Shown here: positions 42,875-53,618 of the stretch, one piece after another
Layout of the letters: every line of letters begins with the position of its first letter
How positions within the stretch are numbered: the stretch's first letter is position 1
Assembly: GCA_963776345.1 (NCBI GenBank)
Contig: CAVZMH010000012.1
Coordinates: 64,001-128,000 of the forward strand
Direction of reading: 5' to 3'
From: an uncultured delta proteobacterium
GTDB taxonomy: Bacteria > Myxococcota > Myxococcia > Myxococcales > Myxococcaceae
Length of the DNA: 64,000 nt
The notes under the pieces: model-generated
What the model was told of the DNA's origin: nothing
Databases searched by the model: none
What the model saw: the letters and a program-made list of their open reading frames with translations, nothing else
Position numbers and translations under genes: made by a program

Positions 42875-43876
42875 ATGCCGGTCGTCGACGTCCACACCCA
42901 CCTCCTCCCGCCCGAGCTGCCCCGCTGGAAGGAGCGGTTCGGTTACGGCGGCTTCCTCGGCCTCGAGCACACCGGCCCCTGCCGCGCCCGGATGGTGAAG
43001 GACGACGGGCAGGTGTTCCGCGAGGTGGAGGAGAACCTCTGGGCGCCGGCCGCCCGGCTGGCCGACTGTGACCGCTCCGGTGTCGAGATCCAGGTCCTGT
43101 CGACCGTCCCGGTGATGTTCTCCTACTGGGCGAAGGCCGGGGACGGCGCCGAGGTGGCGCGCTTCCTCAACGACCACCTCGCCGGCGTGGTGGCCGGCGC
43201 GCCCGGGCGCTTCGTGGGCCTGGGCACGCTCCCGATGCAGGCCCCGGCGCTGGCGGTGCGCGAGCTGGAGCGCTGCGTGCGCTCCCTCGGGCTCGCCGGG
43301 GTGCAGATCGGCAGCCACGTCAACGACTGGAACCTGAGCGACCCCGCCCTGTTCGAGGTCTTCGCCGCGGCGGCCGAGCTGGGCGCGGCGGTCTTCGTCC
43401 ACCCCTGGGACATGATGGGCGAGGGCCGGATGCGGAAGTACTGGCTGCCCTGGCTGGTGGGGATGCCCGCGGAGGTCTCGCTCGCCATCTGCTCGGTCAT
43501 CTTCGGGGGCGTGCTGGAGCGGCTGCCCACCCTGCGCATCGCCTTCGCCCACGGCGGCGGGTCGTTCCCGGGGACGCTGGGGCGCGTCCAGCACGGGTTC
43601 GAGTGCCGGCCGGACCTGGTCGCGGTGGACAACCCCGTGCCTCCGCGCGCGTACCTCGGGCGCTTCTGGGTGGACAGCCTGGTACACGATCCGGACATGC
43701 TGCGCCTGATCGTCAAGCTGTTCGGAGAGGACCGGGTGATGCTCGGGAGCGACTACCCCTTCCCGCTCGGCGAGGCCGAGCCGGGCGCGCTGATCCGCTC
43801 GGTGCCGGAGCTGGCGGCGGCGCGGGCGCGGCTGCTGGGGGAGAACGCGCTCCGCTGGCTGGGGCGCCCATGCTGA
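42875..43876 (+). CDS. 2-amino-3-carboxymuconate-6-semialdehyde decarboxylase (ACMSD)
   Basis: [46 protein letters not shown]. Confidence 0.92.
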   Translation: MPVVDVHTHLLPPELPRWKERFGYGGFLGLEHTGPCRARMVKDDGQVFREVEENLWAPAARLADCDRSGVEIQVLSTVPVMFSYWAKAGDGAEVARFLNDHLAGVVAGAPGRFVGLGTLPMQAPALAVRELERCVRSLGLAGVQIGSHVNDWNLSDPALFEVFAAAAELGAAVFVHPWDMMGEGRMRKYWLPWLVGMPAEVSLAICSVIFGGVLERLPTLRIAFAHGGGSFPGTLGRVQHGFECRPDLVAVDNPVPPRAYLGRFWVDSLVHDPDMLRLIVKLFGEDRVMLGSDYPFPLGEAEPGALIRSVPELAAARARLLGENALRWLGRPC

Positions 43877-45142
43877 GCGTCGAGGAAGGCCGGAGGCTGG
43901 CCGAGGACCACGACGCGCGCGACGCGCTCGGGCCGATGCGCGACTCCTTCCTGTTCCCGAGAGGACCGGACGGCGCGCCGGTGGTGTACCTCACCGGGAA
44001 CTCGCTCGGGCTCCAGCCGCGGACGGCGCGGGCCCGGGTGGAGGAGGTGCTGGACGACTGGGAGCGGCTCGCCGTCGAGGGCCACGTCGAGGGCAAGTCA
44101 CCGTGGCTCCCGTACCACCGCTTCCTCACCGCCCCCACCGCCCGCCTCGTCGGCGCGCAGCCGGACGAGGTGGTGGTGATGAACACCCTGACCGTCAACC
44201 TGCATCTGCTGATGGTCTCGTTCTACCGGCCCACCCCCGGGCGCCACCGCATCCTCTACGAGGGGAGCGCCTTCCCCTCGGACCGCTACGCCCTGGCGAG
44301 CCAGGTGCGCTTCCACGGGCTCGATCCGGCCGAGGCGCTGGTCCCGCTCCTCCCGCGCGCCGGGGAGGAGGTGCTCCGTCCCGACGACGTGCTCGAGGCC
44401 ATCGCCCGGGAGGGAGAGCGGCTCGCGCTGGTGCTGATCGGCAACGTGAACTACCTCACCGGCCAGGCCTTCGACGTGGCGGCCATCACCCGGGCCGGGC
44501 ACGGGGCCGGGGCGATGGTGGGGTTCGACCTCGCGCACGGGGCCGGAAACCTGGTCCTTCCACCTCCACGACGACGGGCCCGACTTCGCGGTGTGGTGCT
44601 CGTACAAGTACCTCAACGGAGGACCCGGCGCCCTGGGCGGGGTCTTCGTGCACGCCCGTCATCGCGAGGGCCGGGGACTCCAGCGCTTCGAGGGCTGGTG
44701 GGGACACGACGAGGCCAGCCGGTTCGAGATGGGGCCGCGCTTCCAGGGGATGCCCGGCGCCGAGGGGTGGCAGCTGTCCAACCCGCCCATCCTCCAGATG
44801 GCGGCGCTCCGGGCGTCGATGGAGCTCTTCGACGCGGTGGGGATGACCGCGCTGCGGCGGAAGTCCGAGCGCCTCACCGGGCTGATGGACCAGCTGGTCC
44901 GCGGCATGCCCGGGGTGGAGGTCATCACCCCGGAGGATCCGGCCCAGCGCGGGGCCCAGCTGTCGCTCCGAATCGCCCGGGACGCGCGCGGCCTGGTCCA
45001 GCGACTCGCCGCGGCGGGCGTGGTCTGCGACTTCCGCGCGCCGGACGTCGTCCGGGCGGCGCCCGCGCCCTTCTACACGCGCTTCGCCGACGTGGTGCGC
45101 TTCGCCGAGGTCCTCCGGAGCCATGTCCAGCAGGGGGGGTGA
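43870..45142 (+). CDS. kynU: Kynureninase, frameshifted near 44558
   Basis: [36 protein letters not shown], then +1 frame [21 protein letters not shown] (PLP Lys), GWWGH, WQLSNPP. Confidence 0.92.
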
Positions 45143-46493
45143 GCGAACCGTGTTCTCCGGCGCGGGCCTGGTGGGCTCGCTCCTGGCGCTCTTCCTCGCC
45201 CGGCGGGGCCGCGCGGTCGAGCTGTTCGAGCGGCGCCCGGACCTGCGCCGGGAGCAGATCTCCGCCGGGCGGAGCATCAATCTGGCGATCAGCGTGCGCG
45301 GGCTGCACGCGCTCGAGCAGGTGGGCCTGGAGCAGGACGCGCTCGCCCACGCCATCTCCATGCCCGGGCGGATGATCCACGGCCGCGACGGAGGGCTGAC
45401 CTTCCAGGCGTACGGGAAGGACGACAGCCAGTGCATCCACTCCATCTCACGGGGGCTCCTCAACCGGATGCTGCTCGACGCCGCGGAGCGGACGGGGCGG
45501 GTGCGCCTGTCGTTCCGGCGGCAGGTGACCGCGCTCGACCCCCTGCAGCGGGTGCTCACGGTGAAGACCGACGACGGACGCACCGAGCGCGTCGAGGGCG
45601 CGGTGGTCTACGGCACCGACGGCGCGGGCTCGGCGGTGCGGCGCGCGGTGGTGGAGGCACGCGGCGGCACCTCGCAGGAGATGCTCCTCGCCCACGGCTA
45701 CAAGGAGCTCACCCTCCCCGCGGCGCCGGACGGCGGCTGGCGTCTGGAGCGGCACGCGCTGCACATCTGGCCCCGCGGCGACTTCATGCTCATCGCCCTG
45801 CCCAACGAGGACGGGAGCTTCACCTGCACCCTCTTCCTCGCCTTCGAGGGCGCGCCGAGCTTCGCCACGCTCGAGGCGCCGGGGGCGGTGCGGGCGTTCT
45901 TCCGCGAGCACTTCTCCGACGTGGAGCCGATGCTGCCGGACCTCGAGGCGCAGTTCGCCGGGAACCCGACCGGCTCGATGGTGACGGTCAAGTGCTCGGC
46001 GTGGCACGCCGGGGACCGAGCGCTGCTGCTCGGCGACGCGGCCCACGCCATCGTCCCGTTCTTCGGGCAGGGCATGAACTGCGGCTTCGAGGACTGCGTG
46101 GTGCTGGACGGGCTCGAGGCGACGGGCGCCCCGCGCGAGGAGGTCTTCGCCCGCTTCGAGCAGCTGCGGAGGCCCAACGCCGACGCCATCGCCGACATGG
46201 CGGTGGAGAACTTCGTGGAGATGCGCGCCAGCACCGCCGACCCGCGCTTCCTCCTGGAGAAGGCCATCGAGAAGCGGCTCCTGGCCGAGCTCCCGGGCGA
46301 GTTCCTCTCGCGCTATGCGCTGGTGACCTTCAGCCGCGCGCCGTACCGGGTGGCCTACGACGCGGGGCGGATCGCCTCGGGCATCGTGTCCGAGCTGGCC
46401 GAGGGCGTGAGCTCGGCGGCGGAGGTCGACCTCGCCCGGGCGCGGGCGCTGGTGGCGGCCCGGCTGACTCCCTTCCTGCGCGAGAGGCTCTGA
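45123..46493 (+). CDS. kmo: Kynurenine 3-monooxygenase
   Basis: GAGLVG, GRSINLAISVRG, GYKEL, LHIWPR, MLIALPN, GDAAHAIVPFFGQGMNCGFED. Confidence 0.93.
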   Translation: MSSRGGERTVFSGAGLVGSLLALFLARRGRAVELFERRPDLRREQISAGRSINLAISVRGLHALEQVGLEQDALAHAISMPGRMIHGRDGGLTFQAYGKDDSQCIHSISRGLLNRMLLDAAERTGRVRLSFRRQVTALDPLQRVLTVKTDDGRTERVEGAVVYGTDGAGSAVRRAVVEARGGTSQEMLLAHGYKELTLPAAPDGGWRLERHALHIWPRGDFMLIALPNEDGSFTCTLFLAFEGAPSFATLEAPGAVRAFFREHFSDVEPMLPDLEAQFAGNPTGSMVTVKCSAWHAGDRALLLGDAAHAIVPFFGQGMNCGFEDCVVLDGLEATGAPREEVFARFEQLRRPNADAIADMAVENFVEMRASTADPRFLLEKAIEKRLLAELPGEFLSRYALVTFSRAPYRVAYDAGRIASGIVSELAEGVSSAAEVDLARARALVAARLTPFLRERL

Positions 46494-47230
46494 TGGACCT
46501 GGGACTGCGTGACCGGCGGGCGCTGGTGCTCGGAGGGTCGTCGGGCCTCGGGCGGGCGGTGGCCGCGGCCCTGGTGGCCGAGGGCGCGCGGGTGGCCATC
46601 TGCGGGAGGAAGAAGGCGCGGATCGAGGCGGCGGCGCGCGAGCTGGGCGCGCAGGCGGGCCTGCCCTGCGACCTGACCGTTCCGGGCGCGGCGACCACTC
46701 TGGTCGAGACGGCGACCCAGCGGCTCGGGGGCCTCGACATCCTGGTGACCAACACCGGCGGGCCGCCGAAGGGCCGCTTCGCGGACGTGACCGACGAGAT
46801 GTGGCAAGAGGGCTTCCAGTCGCTGTGGCTGAGCGCGGTGGACGCCATCCGCGCGGCGCTGCCCGGGATGCGGGAGCGGCGGTGGGGACGGATCCTCCTC
46901 ATCACCTCGACGGCGGCGAAGGAGCCAATCCCCGGCCTGACCGTCTCCAGCGGCCTGCGCGCCGGGCTCCTGGGCCTGATGAAGACGCTCGCCCCCGAGG
47001 TGGCCGAGGAGGGGGTGACGGTGAACGCGCTGCTCCCGGGCTACACGGCCACCGAGCGCATCGCCGAGCTCGGCATTCCCGAGGACACGCTGGCCGAGCA
47101 CATCCCGGCGCGGCGGCTCGGGCGCCCCGAGGAGCTGGGGGCGATGGCCGCGTTCCTCGCCTCGGAGCAGGCGGGGTACGTGACCGGCCAGGCCATCGCC
47201 GTGGACGGCGGATTCATCCGGGGGCTCTGA
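46493..47230 (+). CDS. Short-chain dehydrogenase/reductase, atypical active site
   Basis: GGSSGLG, NTGGP, SSGLR in place of YxxxK, PG, VDGG; ATG overlaps the kmo stop. Confidence 0.88.
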   Translation: MDLGLRDRRALVLGGSSGLGRAVAAALVAEGARVAICGRKKARIEAAARELGAQAGLPCDLTVPGAATTLVETATQRLGGLDILVTNTGGPPKGRFADVTDEMWQEGFQSLWLSAVDAIRAALPGMRERRWGRILLITSTAAKEPIPGLTVSSGLRAGLLGLMKTLAPEVAEEGVTVNALLPGYTATERIAELGIPEDTLAEHIPARRLGRPEELGAMAAFLASEQAGYVTGQAIAVDGGFIRGL

Positions 47231-47720
47231 GGCCGGACCCGTGCACCCCGGGGCGCGACGTCCCGTGCGTCGAGCAGCCGCCCCGCGTAGGTCCGGCTCG
47301 CCTCGACCTTGGCCCCGGTGCGAAGGAGCCGGTCGCCTCAGGGGGTGCGCGCGGGCCGAAGATGGACAGCAGGTGTCCATCCGGATCGCGGAAGTCCGCG
47401 GCGTGCTGGTCCCCGGCGACCAGGCGCGGCTCGCGGCGGAACTCCACGCCCCGGGCGCGGAGCGCCTCGTGCGCGGCCTCGATGTCCTCGACCGAGAAGA
47501 CGACCTCCACCCGCCGCTCGTCCTGGGCGGGCCCGAGGTCCTTGGTCTCGCGCAGGGCGAGGGTGATTCCACCCGCGTCGAGGAAGGCGAACTCTCCTCC
47601 GCTTCCACGCAGCGGGAGGCCGAGCTGGTCCCGATAGAAGGCGAGCGACCTCCCGAGATCGGTCACCCCGAGCATGAGCACGCTGATCCCGGACAGCGAG
47701 ACGCTGTGGCTCTCGGTCAT
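47214..47720 (-). CDS. VOC/glyoxalase family protein (true stop possibly at 47338)
   Basis: LGVTDLGRSLAFYRDQLG, VFSVEDIEA, FRDPDGH; RBS AAGGAG; the tail after a C5 run looks like read-through. Confidence 0.82.
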   Translation of the reverse strand: MTESHSVSLSGISVLMLGVTDLGRSLAFYRDQLGLPLRGSGGEFAFLDAGGITLALRETKDLGPAQDERRVEVVFSVEDIEAAHEALRARGVEFRREPRLVAGDQHAADFRDPDGHLLSIFGPRAPPEATGSFAPGPRSRRAGPTRGGCSTHGTSRPGVHGSGLRAPG

Positions 47721-47818
47721 GGCGGCGCTCCTTCGTACCGGGCGACGCGGCCTGCGTCGTCTCCGGTTCATTGAGGGTGCCCATTGTCAGACACCTCGTT
47801 CCGACACCTCGTCCCCGG

Positions 47819-48148
47819 TCAGTCCACGATGAACAGCGTCGCCCCGCTCGTCGTCGACGAGCGATGCCGTTCGGCCTGGTCCGCGACCTGGTAGCTCATG
47901 CCCTGGGTGAGCGTGAACCGCCGACCGTCCTCCAGCTCGGTGCTCAGCTCGCCCGCGATGCAGAGCAGGATGTGACCCTTCTCACACCAGTGGTCCGCGA
48001 CGTACCCGGGCGAGTACTCGACCATCCGGACCCGGATGTCACCGAAGTGCCGCGTCCTCCAGACCGCGAGGCCGACGTCGCCGCGGCGCTCGGTGCGCTC
48101 CACGGACGACCAGTCGGTGACTCCGAAGGGGATGTCGGTCATCCGCAT
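47819..48148 (-). CDS. DHCW-motif cupin fold protein
   Basis: IRVRMVEYSPGYVADHWCEKGH, GMSYQVAD, HRS, LFIVD. Confidence 0.9.
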   Translation of the reverse strand: MRMTDIPFGVTDWSSVERTERRGDVGLAVWRTRHFGDIRVRMVEYSPGYVADHWCEKGHILLCIAGELSTELEDGRRFTLTQGMSYQVADQAERHRSSTTSGATLFIVD

Positions 48149-48157
48149 GCGTGTTTC

Positions 48158-48952
48158 CTAGGTGCCGCTCCCGAGCGCCTCGATCACCTGCGCCCACGCC
48201 CTGGACTTCGGGTCGATGACGTCGAAGTGGTCGGCGTCCTCCGGCATCACCAGCCGGATGTCGTCGCCCGCCTTGCGCGCCCGGTCCACGAAGCTCCGGC
48301 TCATCGCCAGGGGGACCACGTTGTCCTTCGTGCCGTGGACGACCACCACCGGCACGCCGAGCGGGAGGTGCGCCGCCGGCGACCCCTCGGCGTAGCGCGC
48401 CGGCTGCTCCCGCGCGCTCCCTCCCAGCAGCTCGAGCGTCACGTGCTGGCTCAGCTCGAGCTTGTCCGCCTCGACCAGGTCCGCCACCGGCGCGAGCCCG
48501 ACGACCCGTCGCGGACGCCACGACGGCCGCCGCAGCGCACCCGGGGCCGACGAGCGCGTCACCGCCCACAGCGCCAGGTGCCCGCCCGCCGAGTGGCCCA
48601 TCCACACCGAGCGGGCGAGGTCGAGGCCATGCTTCGCCGCGAGCCCGGGCAGCGCGTCCAGCGCCGCGCTCGCGTCGGTCAGGGTCCCCGGCCAGGCCCC
48701 GCCCTCCTCGCCGATGCGCCGGTACTCGAGCGCCACCGTCGCCCACCCCCGCCGCGCCAGGTCGGCGCAGAGGTGCCCCACGTGGCCGGCGTCGTACGCC
48801 GCGCGCCAGTATCCGCCGTGGATCATCACCAGGGTCCGGAGCCGCTCGCTCCCCGGCGGCCGGCGGACCCAGAGGTGCTGCGACGGCGCCGGGCCGTACG
48901 CCTCACGGACGCCGGCCGGCGGGGGCTCGGTCAACACCCAAGGGTCGGACAT
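48158..48952 (-). CDS. Alpha/beta hydrolase (HGGYW / GHSAGG)
   Basis: IHGGYW oxyanion motif, EYRR, GHSAGG nucleophile elbow, HGTKDNVVP, DHF. Confidence 0.88.
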   Translation of the reverse strand: MSDPWVLTEPPPAGVREAYGPAPSQHLWVRRPPGSERLRTLVMIHGGYWRAAYDAGHVGHLCADLARRGWATVALEYRRIGEEGGAWPGTLTDASAALDALPGLAAKHGLDLARSVWMGHSAGGHLALWAVTRSSAPGALRRPSWRPRRVVGLAPVADLVEADKLELSQHVTLELLGGSAREQPARYAEGSPAAHLPLGVPVVVVHGTKDNVVPLAMSRSFVDRARKAGDDIRLVMPEDADHFDVIDPKSRAWAQVIEALGSGT

Positions 48953-49333
48953 TCAGGCGAGGTCCTCGTGGAGGCAGAGGATGTTGCCCTCGGGGTCACT
49001 GAACCAGGCGGCCTTCTCCGACCCGAGCACGCACACGTGCTGCACCGTCTTCAGGCCCGGCAGGTCGTAGTCGTGGAACACCACCCCGCGGGACTCGAGC
49101 TCCTTGATCGCCGCGTTGATGTCGCGCACCCCGAAGCTCACCGCGGTGTGGTCCGCCTTGGTCGGCGCACCGCGCTGGAAGAGCGCCAGGGCCCCGCTCC
49201 CCACCGGGTACTCGTACTTCCCGTCGGGCTTGGCCCGCCCGCGCTTCAGCCCCAGCTTCTGCTCGTAGAACGCGCGGGCGCGTGCCAGATCCACCACCGG
49301 GAGAATCGTGGTCATCGGAACGTCGGCGAGCAT
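48953..49333 (-). CDS. VOC/glyoxalase family protein
   Basis: LPVVDLARARAFYEQKLGL, AAWFSDPEGNIL. Confidence 0.88.
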   Translation of the reverse strand: MLADVPMTTILPVVDLARARAFYEQKLGLKRGRAKPDGKYEYPVGSGALALFQRGAPTKADHTAVSFGVRDINAAIKELESRGVVFHDYDLPGLKTVQHVCVLGSEKAAWFSDPEGNILCLHEDLA

Positions 49334-49408
49334 GGCGCCCTCCTCGGGTGAGGCGCGCCACTCGACGCCACCCCGCCCCGCCCGGTCAAGGCACAGCGTG
49401 CAGAAGCC

Positions 49409-50419
<1,011 letters not shown>

Positions 50420-50459
50420 GTCGGGGGCACAATGTCCCCCCCGGCATTCGCGTGCAGCG

Positions 50460-50507
50460 AAAAAATGGCGCGACCGGCCGCCCGAGATCTCCAGGGCGGC
50501 CGGTCGC
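50460..50507 (-). terminator. Intrinsic terminator-like hairpin upstream of the AKR gene
   Basis: Perfect 14-bp stem GCGACCGGCCGCCC / GGGCGGCCGGTCGC with a 10-nt loop; GCCATTTTTT follows on the minus strand. Confidence 0.6.
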
Positions 50508-50675
50508 CCCCCGGACGCTGCGCAGAGTCGCGGGACTGCGCGCGCCCTCCAGGGCCGCCGCCGATTGGAGCCAGCGGACGTCCCGGGCCGCCCGGTAGAC
50601 GACGGTCGGCGGCCGGACACCACAGCGGAACCGCACCGGTGGTCGCACGGGCCTCGCCGTCGTCTCCCGCGGGCA

Positions 50676-51201
50676 GTGACCGACCTCTCCGGACACGCCC
50701 CGCACGGGCAGCGGCGCGAGACCCCCACCCCCGGCTGGGAGAGCGGGGTCTGGGTCCGCATCCAGCGCCGGCGACGGGCGCGACGCCTCGGCGTCATGGC
50801 CCTCGCGGCGGTCGTCGCATCGACAGGACTGCTCGTCGCTCGGCGCCAGGCCACTCCGGCACCCGGGCCGGTGCGGGTCGACGCAGTCCTAGAGGGCCCG
50901 GCGCGGTCGGACGGAAGCGCGCCCGTCCCCGCGGTCTGGCGCCTTCACTTCGAGGGGGCCGAGCTCCGGGTGTACCGGAATGCGCTCGGCGTGGTGCACC
51001 GCTGTCCGGGCTCGGTGGGCTGCGCGCGCTCGGGCCGGGGCGGCACGCTCGCGCTGCCGGTCGACACCGCGGGCGAGTATCGCGCGCTGGTCTTCTCCGG
51101 GCCCGGCGCGGGAGACGGCGTGACGCTCCAGGGCGACCTCGCTAGCCTCCCGGGCCCGCGGTCACCGGGTGGAGATGTCTCCGGCGCTCGTCGCCTACTG
51201 A
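50676..51201 (+). CDS. Single-TM hypothetical protein (anti-sigma-like topology), apparent +1 frameshift near 51150
   Basis: [21 protein letters not shown] helix, extracellular beta-rich domain with a Cys pair; removing one C gives ...[23 protein letters not shown]. Confidence 0.55.
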
Positions 51202-51304
51202 GCGCGCTCGGTTCCGTCCGGCTCGACCTCGTGGAAGACGAGGGGACGGACCGGGCACGGTGGCCCCCCCCAGCGTACCCTGGCGCGGCCGCCGGTCCTG
51301 GCTT

Positions 51305-52372
51305 ATGCCTGGCCGACCTCCCGTGCTTGCTGCCGGCCCGCCACCCTCGAACGAGCCCCTCCGGGACGCCCTGGGCCGCCCGCTCAGGAGCCTGCGGCTG
51401 AGCGTCACCGACCGGTGCAATCTCCGCTGCGCGTACTGCATGCCCGAGCCGGACTACGTCTGGCTGCCGAAGAAGGAGCTCTTGACCTTCGAGGAGCTGG
51501 ACCGGCTCACCGGCATCTTCTGCAGCCTGGGCGTGGACAAGGTGCGGCTGACCGGCGGGGAACCGCTCCTCCGCTCGGAGATCACCACCCTGGTTCGCGC
51601 GCTCTCGGCCCGCCCGGAGGTGCGCGACCTGGCGATGACCACCAACGGGGTCCTCCTCACCGAGCGCGCGCGCGAGCTCCGGGACGCCGGCCTCCGGCGG
51701 CTCACCGTCAGCCTGGACACCCTGCGCCCGGAGCGCTTCCAGGCCCTGACCCGCGCCGACCTCCACGGCCGCGTGCTCGCGGGCATCGACGCCGCCCGGA
51801 CCCTGGGCTTCCCGCTCAAGCTGGACACGGTGGTGGTGCGGGGGACGAACGACGACGAGGTGCTCGATCTCCTGGCCTTCGCCCGCGGCATCGGCGCGGA
51901 GATCCGCTTCATCGAGTACATGGACGTGGGCGGCGCGACCCGGTGGACCCGCGAGCAGGTGGTGTCGCGGGCCGAGGTCCTCGCCCTTGTGGCCGGCGCG
52001 CACGGACCGGTCGAGCCGGCGGGCGCGCAGGGCTCCGACCCGGCCGAGCGCTTCCGGCTGGCGGACGGCACCGTGTTCGGCGTCATCGCCTCGACCACCA
52101 CGCCGTTCTGCCGGTCCTGCGATCGGAGCCGCCTCACCGCCGACGGCACCTGGTACACCTGCCTCTACGCCCGCTCCGGAGCAAACCTCCGCGCGGCGCT
52201 CCGCAGCACCGCGACCGACGCGGAGATCGCCTCCCTCCTTCGGGTGGGGTGGCGCGCCCGGAACGACCGCGGGGCCGAGCAGCGCCTCCAGCTCGAGCAG
52301 CGCGGCGCGCTGGCGGCGGCCCCCGAGCTCCGGCAGGACCCGCGGCTCGAGATGCACACCCGCGGGGGTTAG
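51305..52372 (+). CDS. moaA: GTP 3',8-cyclase MoaA
   Basis: LRLSVTDRCNLRCAYC, LTGGEPLLR, TTNG, RFIEYM, FCRSCDRSRLTADG...CL, C-terminal GG. Confidence 0.95.
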   Translation: MPGRPPVLAAGPPPSNEPLRDALGRPLRSLRLSVTDRCNLRCAYCMPEPDYVWLPKKELLTFEELDRLTGIFCSLGVDKVRLTGGEPLLRSEITTLVRALSARPEVRDLAMTTNGVLLTERARELRDAGLRRLTVSLDTLRPERFQALTRADLHGRVLAGIDAARTLGFPLKLDTVVVRGTNDDEVLDLLAFARGIGAEIRFIEYMDVGGATRWTREQVVSRAEVLALVAGAHGPVEPAGAQGSDPAERFRLADGTVFGVIASTTTPFCRSCDRSRLTADGTWYTCLYARSGANLRAALRSTATDAEIASLLRVGWRARNDRGAEQRLQLEQRGALAAAPELRQDPRLEMHTRGG

Positions 52373-52379
52373 GCGCCCC

Positions 52380-53606
52380 TTGCGCGCCCCCTCCCTGGTG
52401 GCCGAGGACGCCGACTCGGCCCTGGCGCTGCTGCTCTCCGCCGCCCGGGGCGCGCAGGCCTGCGGCTACGGCGCCGAGGACACCGAGCGGCTGGTGTGCG
52501 AGCTCGCCGCGCAGCTCGGGATGGCCGACGTCCAGATGTCGAGCCTCCCCACCCAGCTCCAGCTCGCCATCGGCATCCCCGGGCAGCAGCGGGTGGTGCT
52601 GCTCCGGGTGGAGCCGATGCCGGTGGACCTGGACCGCATCGTCCGGCTCGACGCGGTGGCCCGCGAGGTGAAGGCGGGGCGCATCGGCCCGCGCGAGGCG
52701 AGCGTCCGCATCGACGCCATCGGGCGCTCGCCGCCTCCGTACCGCGCGCCGATGCTCCTCTTCGCCTACTGCCTCGCCGCGGCCGGGGCGGTGCTGCTGT
52801 TCGGCGAGGACCTCCCCGAGGCGCTCACCGCCGCGCTCGCCGGGCTCGCGGTGGGGGCCATCGCCGTGGTCCGCAGCCGGGTGCGCGAGCTGGACCTCGC
52901 CGCCGAGCTGGTCTCCGCGGTGCTGGCCGGCTTCATCTGCCAGACCGCCTCGGCGCGCATCTGGCCCCTCGACCCCCGCGTGGCCACCCTGGGCGCGGTG
53001 GTGGTGCTGCTCCCGGGCTTCACCCTCACCCAGGCGGTGCGCGAGCTGCAGACGCGCAATCTGCTCTCCGGCCTGGCGGGCTTCGGCGCCGCGTCGGTCA
53101 GCTTCCTGGCCCTGGTCATCGGCGCGGTGCTCGGGGGCGCGCTGGGAGCGCGCCTGTTCGGGCCGGCGCGGGTGCCGCCCGTCGAGCTGCCGGACTGGAC
53201 CTTCCTCCTCGGCGCAGCGGCCCTGGGGCTGGCGGCGGTGGTGGTGCTCCGGGCGCCGCGGAGAGAGGCGCCCACGGTGGTGGCTGCGGCGCTGCTCTCG
53301 GCCGGGGTGAGCCACGCGGTCTCGCGAACGGTGGGCCCGGCGCTCGGCGCCTTCGTGGGGGCGGTGGTCATCGGGCTGGTGGCGCACCTCAACGGGCGGC
53401 TGCGGAGCCGTCCGGTGTGGCTGGTCACCATCCCCGGGGTGCTGGTCCTCGTTCCGGGGAGCATCGGTTACCGGAGCCTCCTCGACCTCGTGGACCGCGA
53501 CGTGGCGACCAGCATCGAGACGGCGTTCCAGATGATCCTCACCGCGGCAGGCATCGTCTTCGGGCTGCTGATGACCGACGCGGTCGGCGCGCGGTCTCGC
53601 CGGTAG
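52380..53606 (+). CDS. ThrE family threonine/serine exporter (fused two-domain)
   Basis: Soluble N-terminus with VDLDRI, about 10 TM helices, LLPGFTLT.AVREL, LVPGSIGY; start uncertain (TTG 52380 or GTG 52398). Confidence 0.82.
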   Translation: MRAPSLVAEDADSALALLLSAARGAQACGYGAEDTERLVCELAAQLGMADVQMSSLPTQLQLAIGIPGQQRVVLLRVEPMPVDLDRIVRLDAVAREVKAGRIGPREASVRIDAIGRSPPPYRAPMLLFAYCLAAAGAVLLFGEDLPEALTAALAGLAVGAIAVVRSRVRELDLAAELVSAVLAGFICQTASARIWPLDPRVATLGAVVVLLPGFTLTQAVRELQTRNLLSGLAGFGAASVSFLALVIGAVLGGALGARLFGPARVPPVELPDWTFLLGAAALGLAAVVVLRAPRREAPTVVAAALLSAGVSHAVSRTVGPALGAFVGAVVIGLVAHLNGRLRSRPVWLVTIPGVLVLVPGSIGYRSLLDLVDRDVATSIETAFQMILTAAGIVFGLLMTDAVGARSRR

Positions 53607-53618
53607 GGACGGCTCCGT

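Noticed and set aside
47790..47812. GACACCTCGT direct repeat (2 copies, 13-nt period)
   Set aside because: Only two short copies and no spacer pattern; not a CRISPR and no supportable function.
51305..52372. moaA as cofactor supply for ActB
   Set aside because: ActB is known not to bind molybdopterin and the genes are about 45 kb apart.
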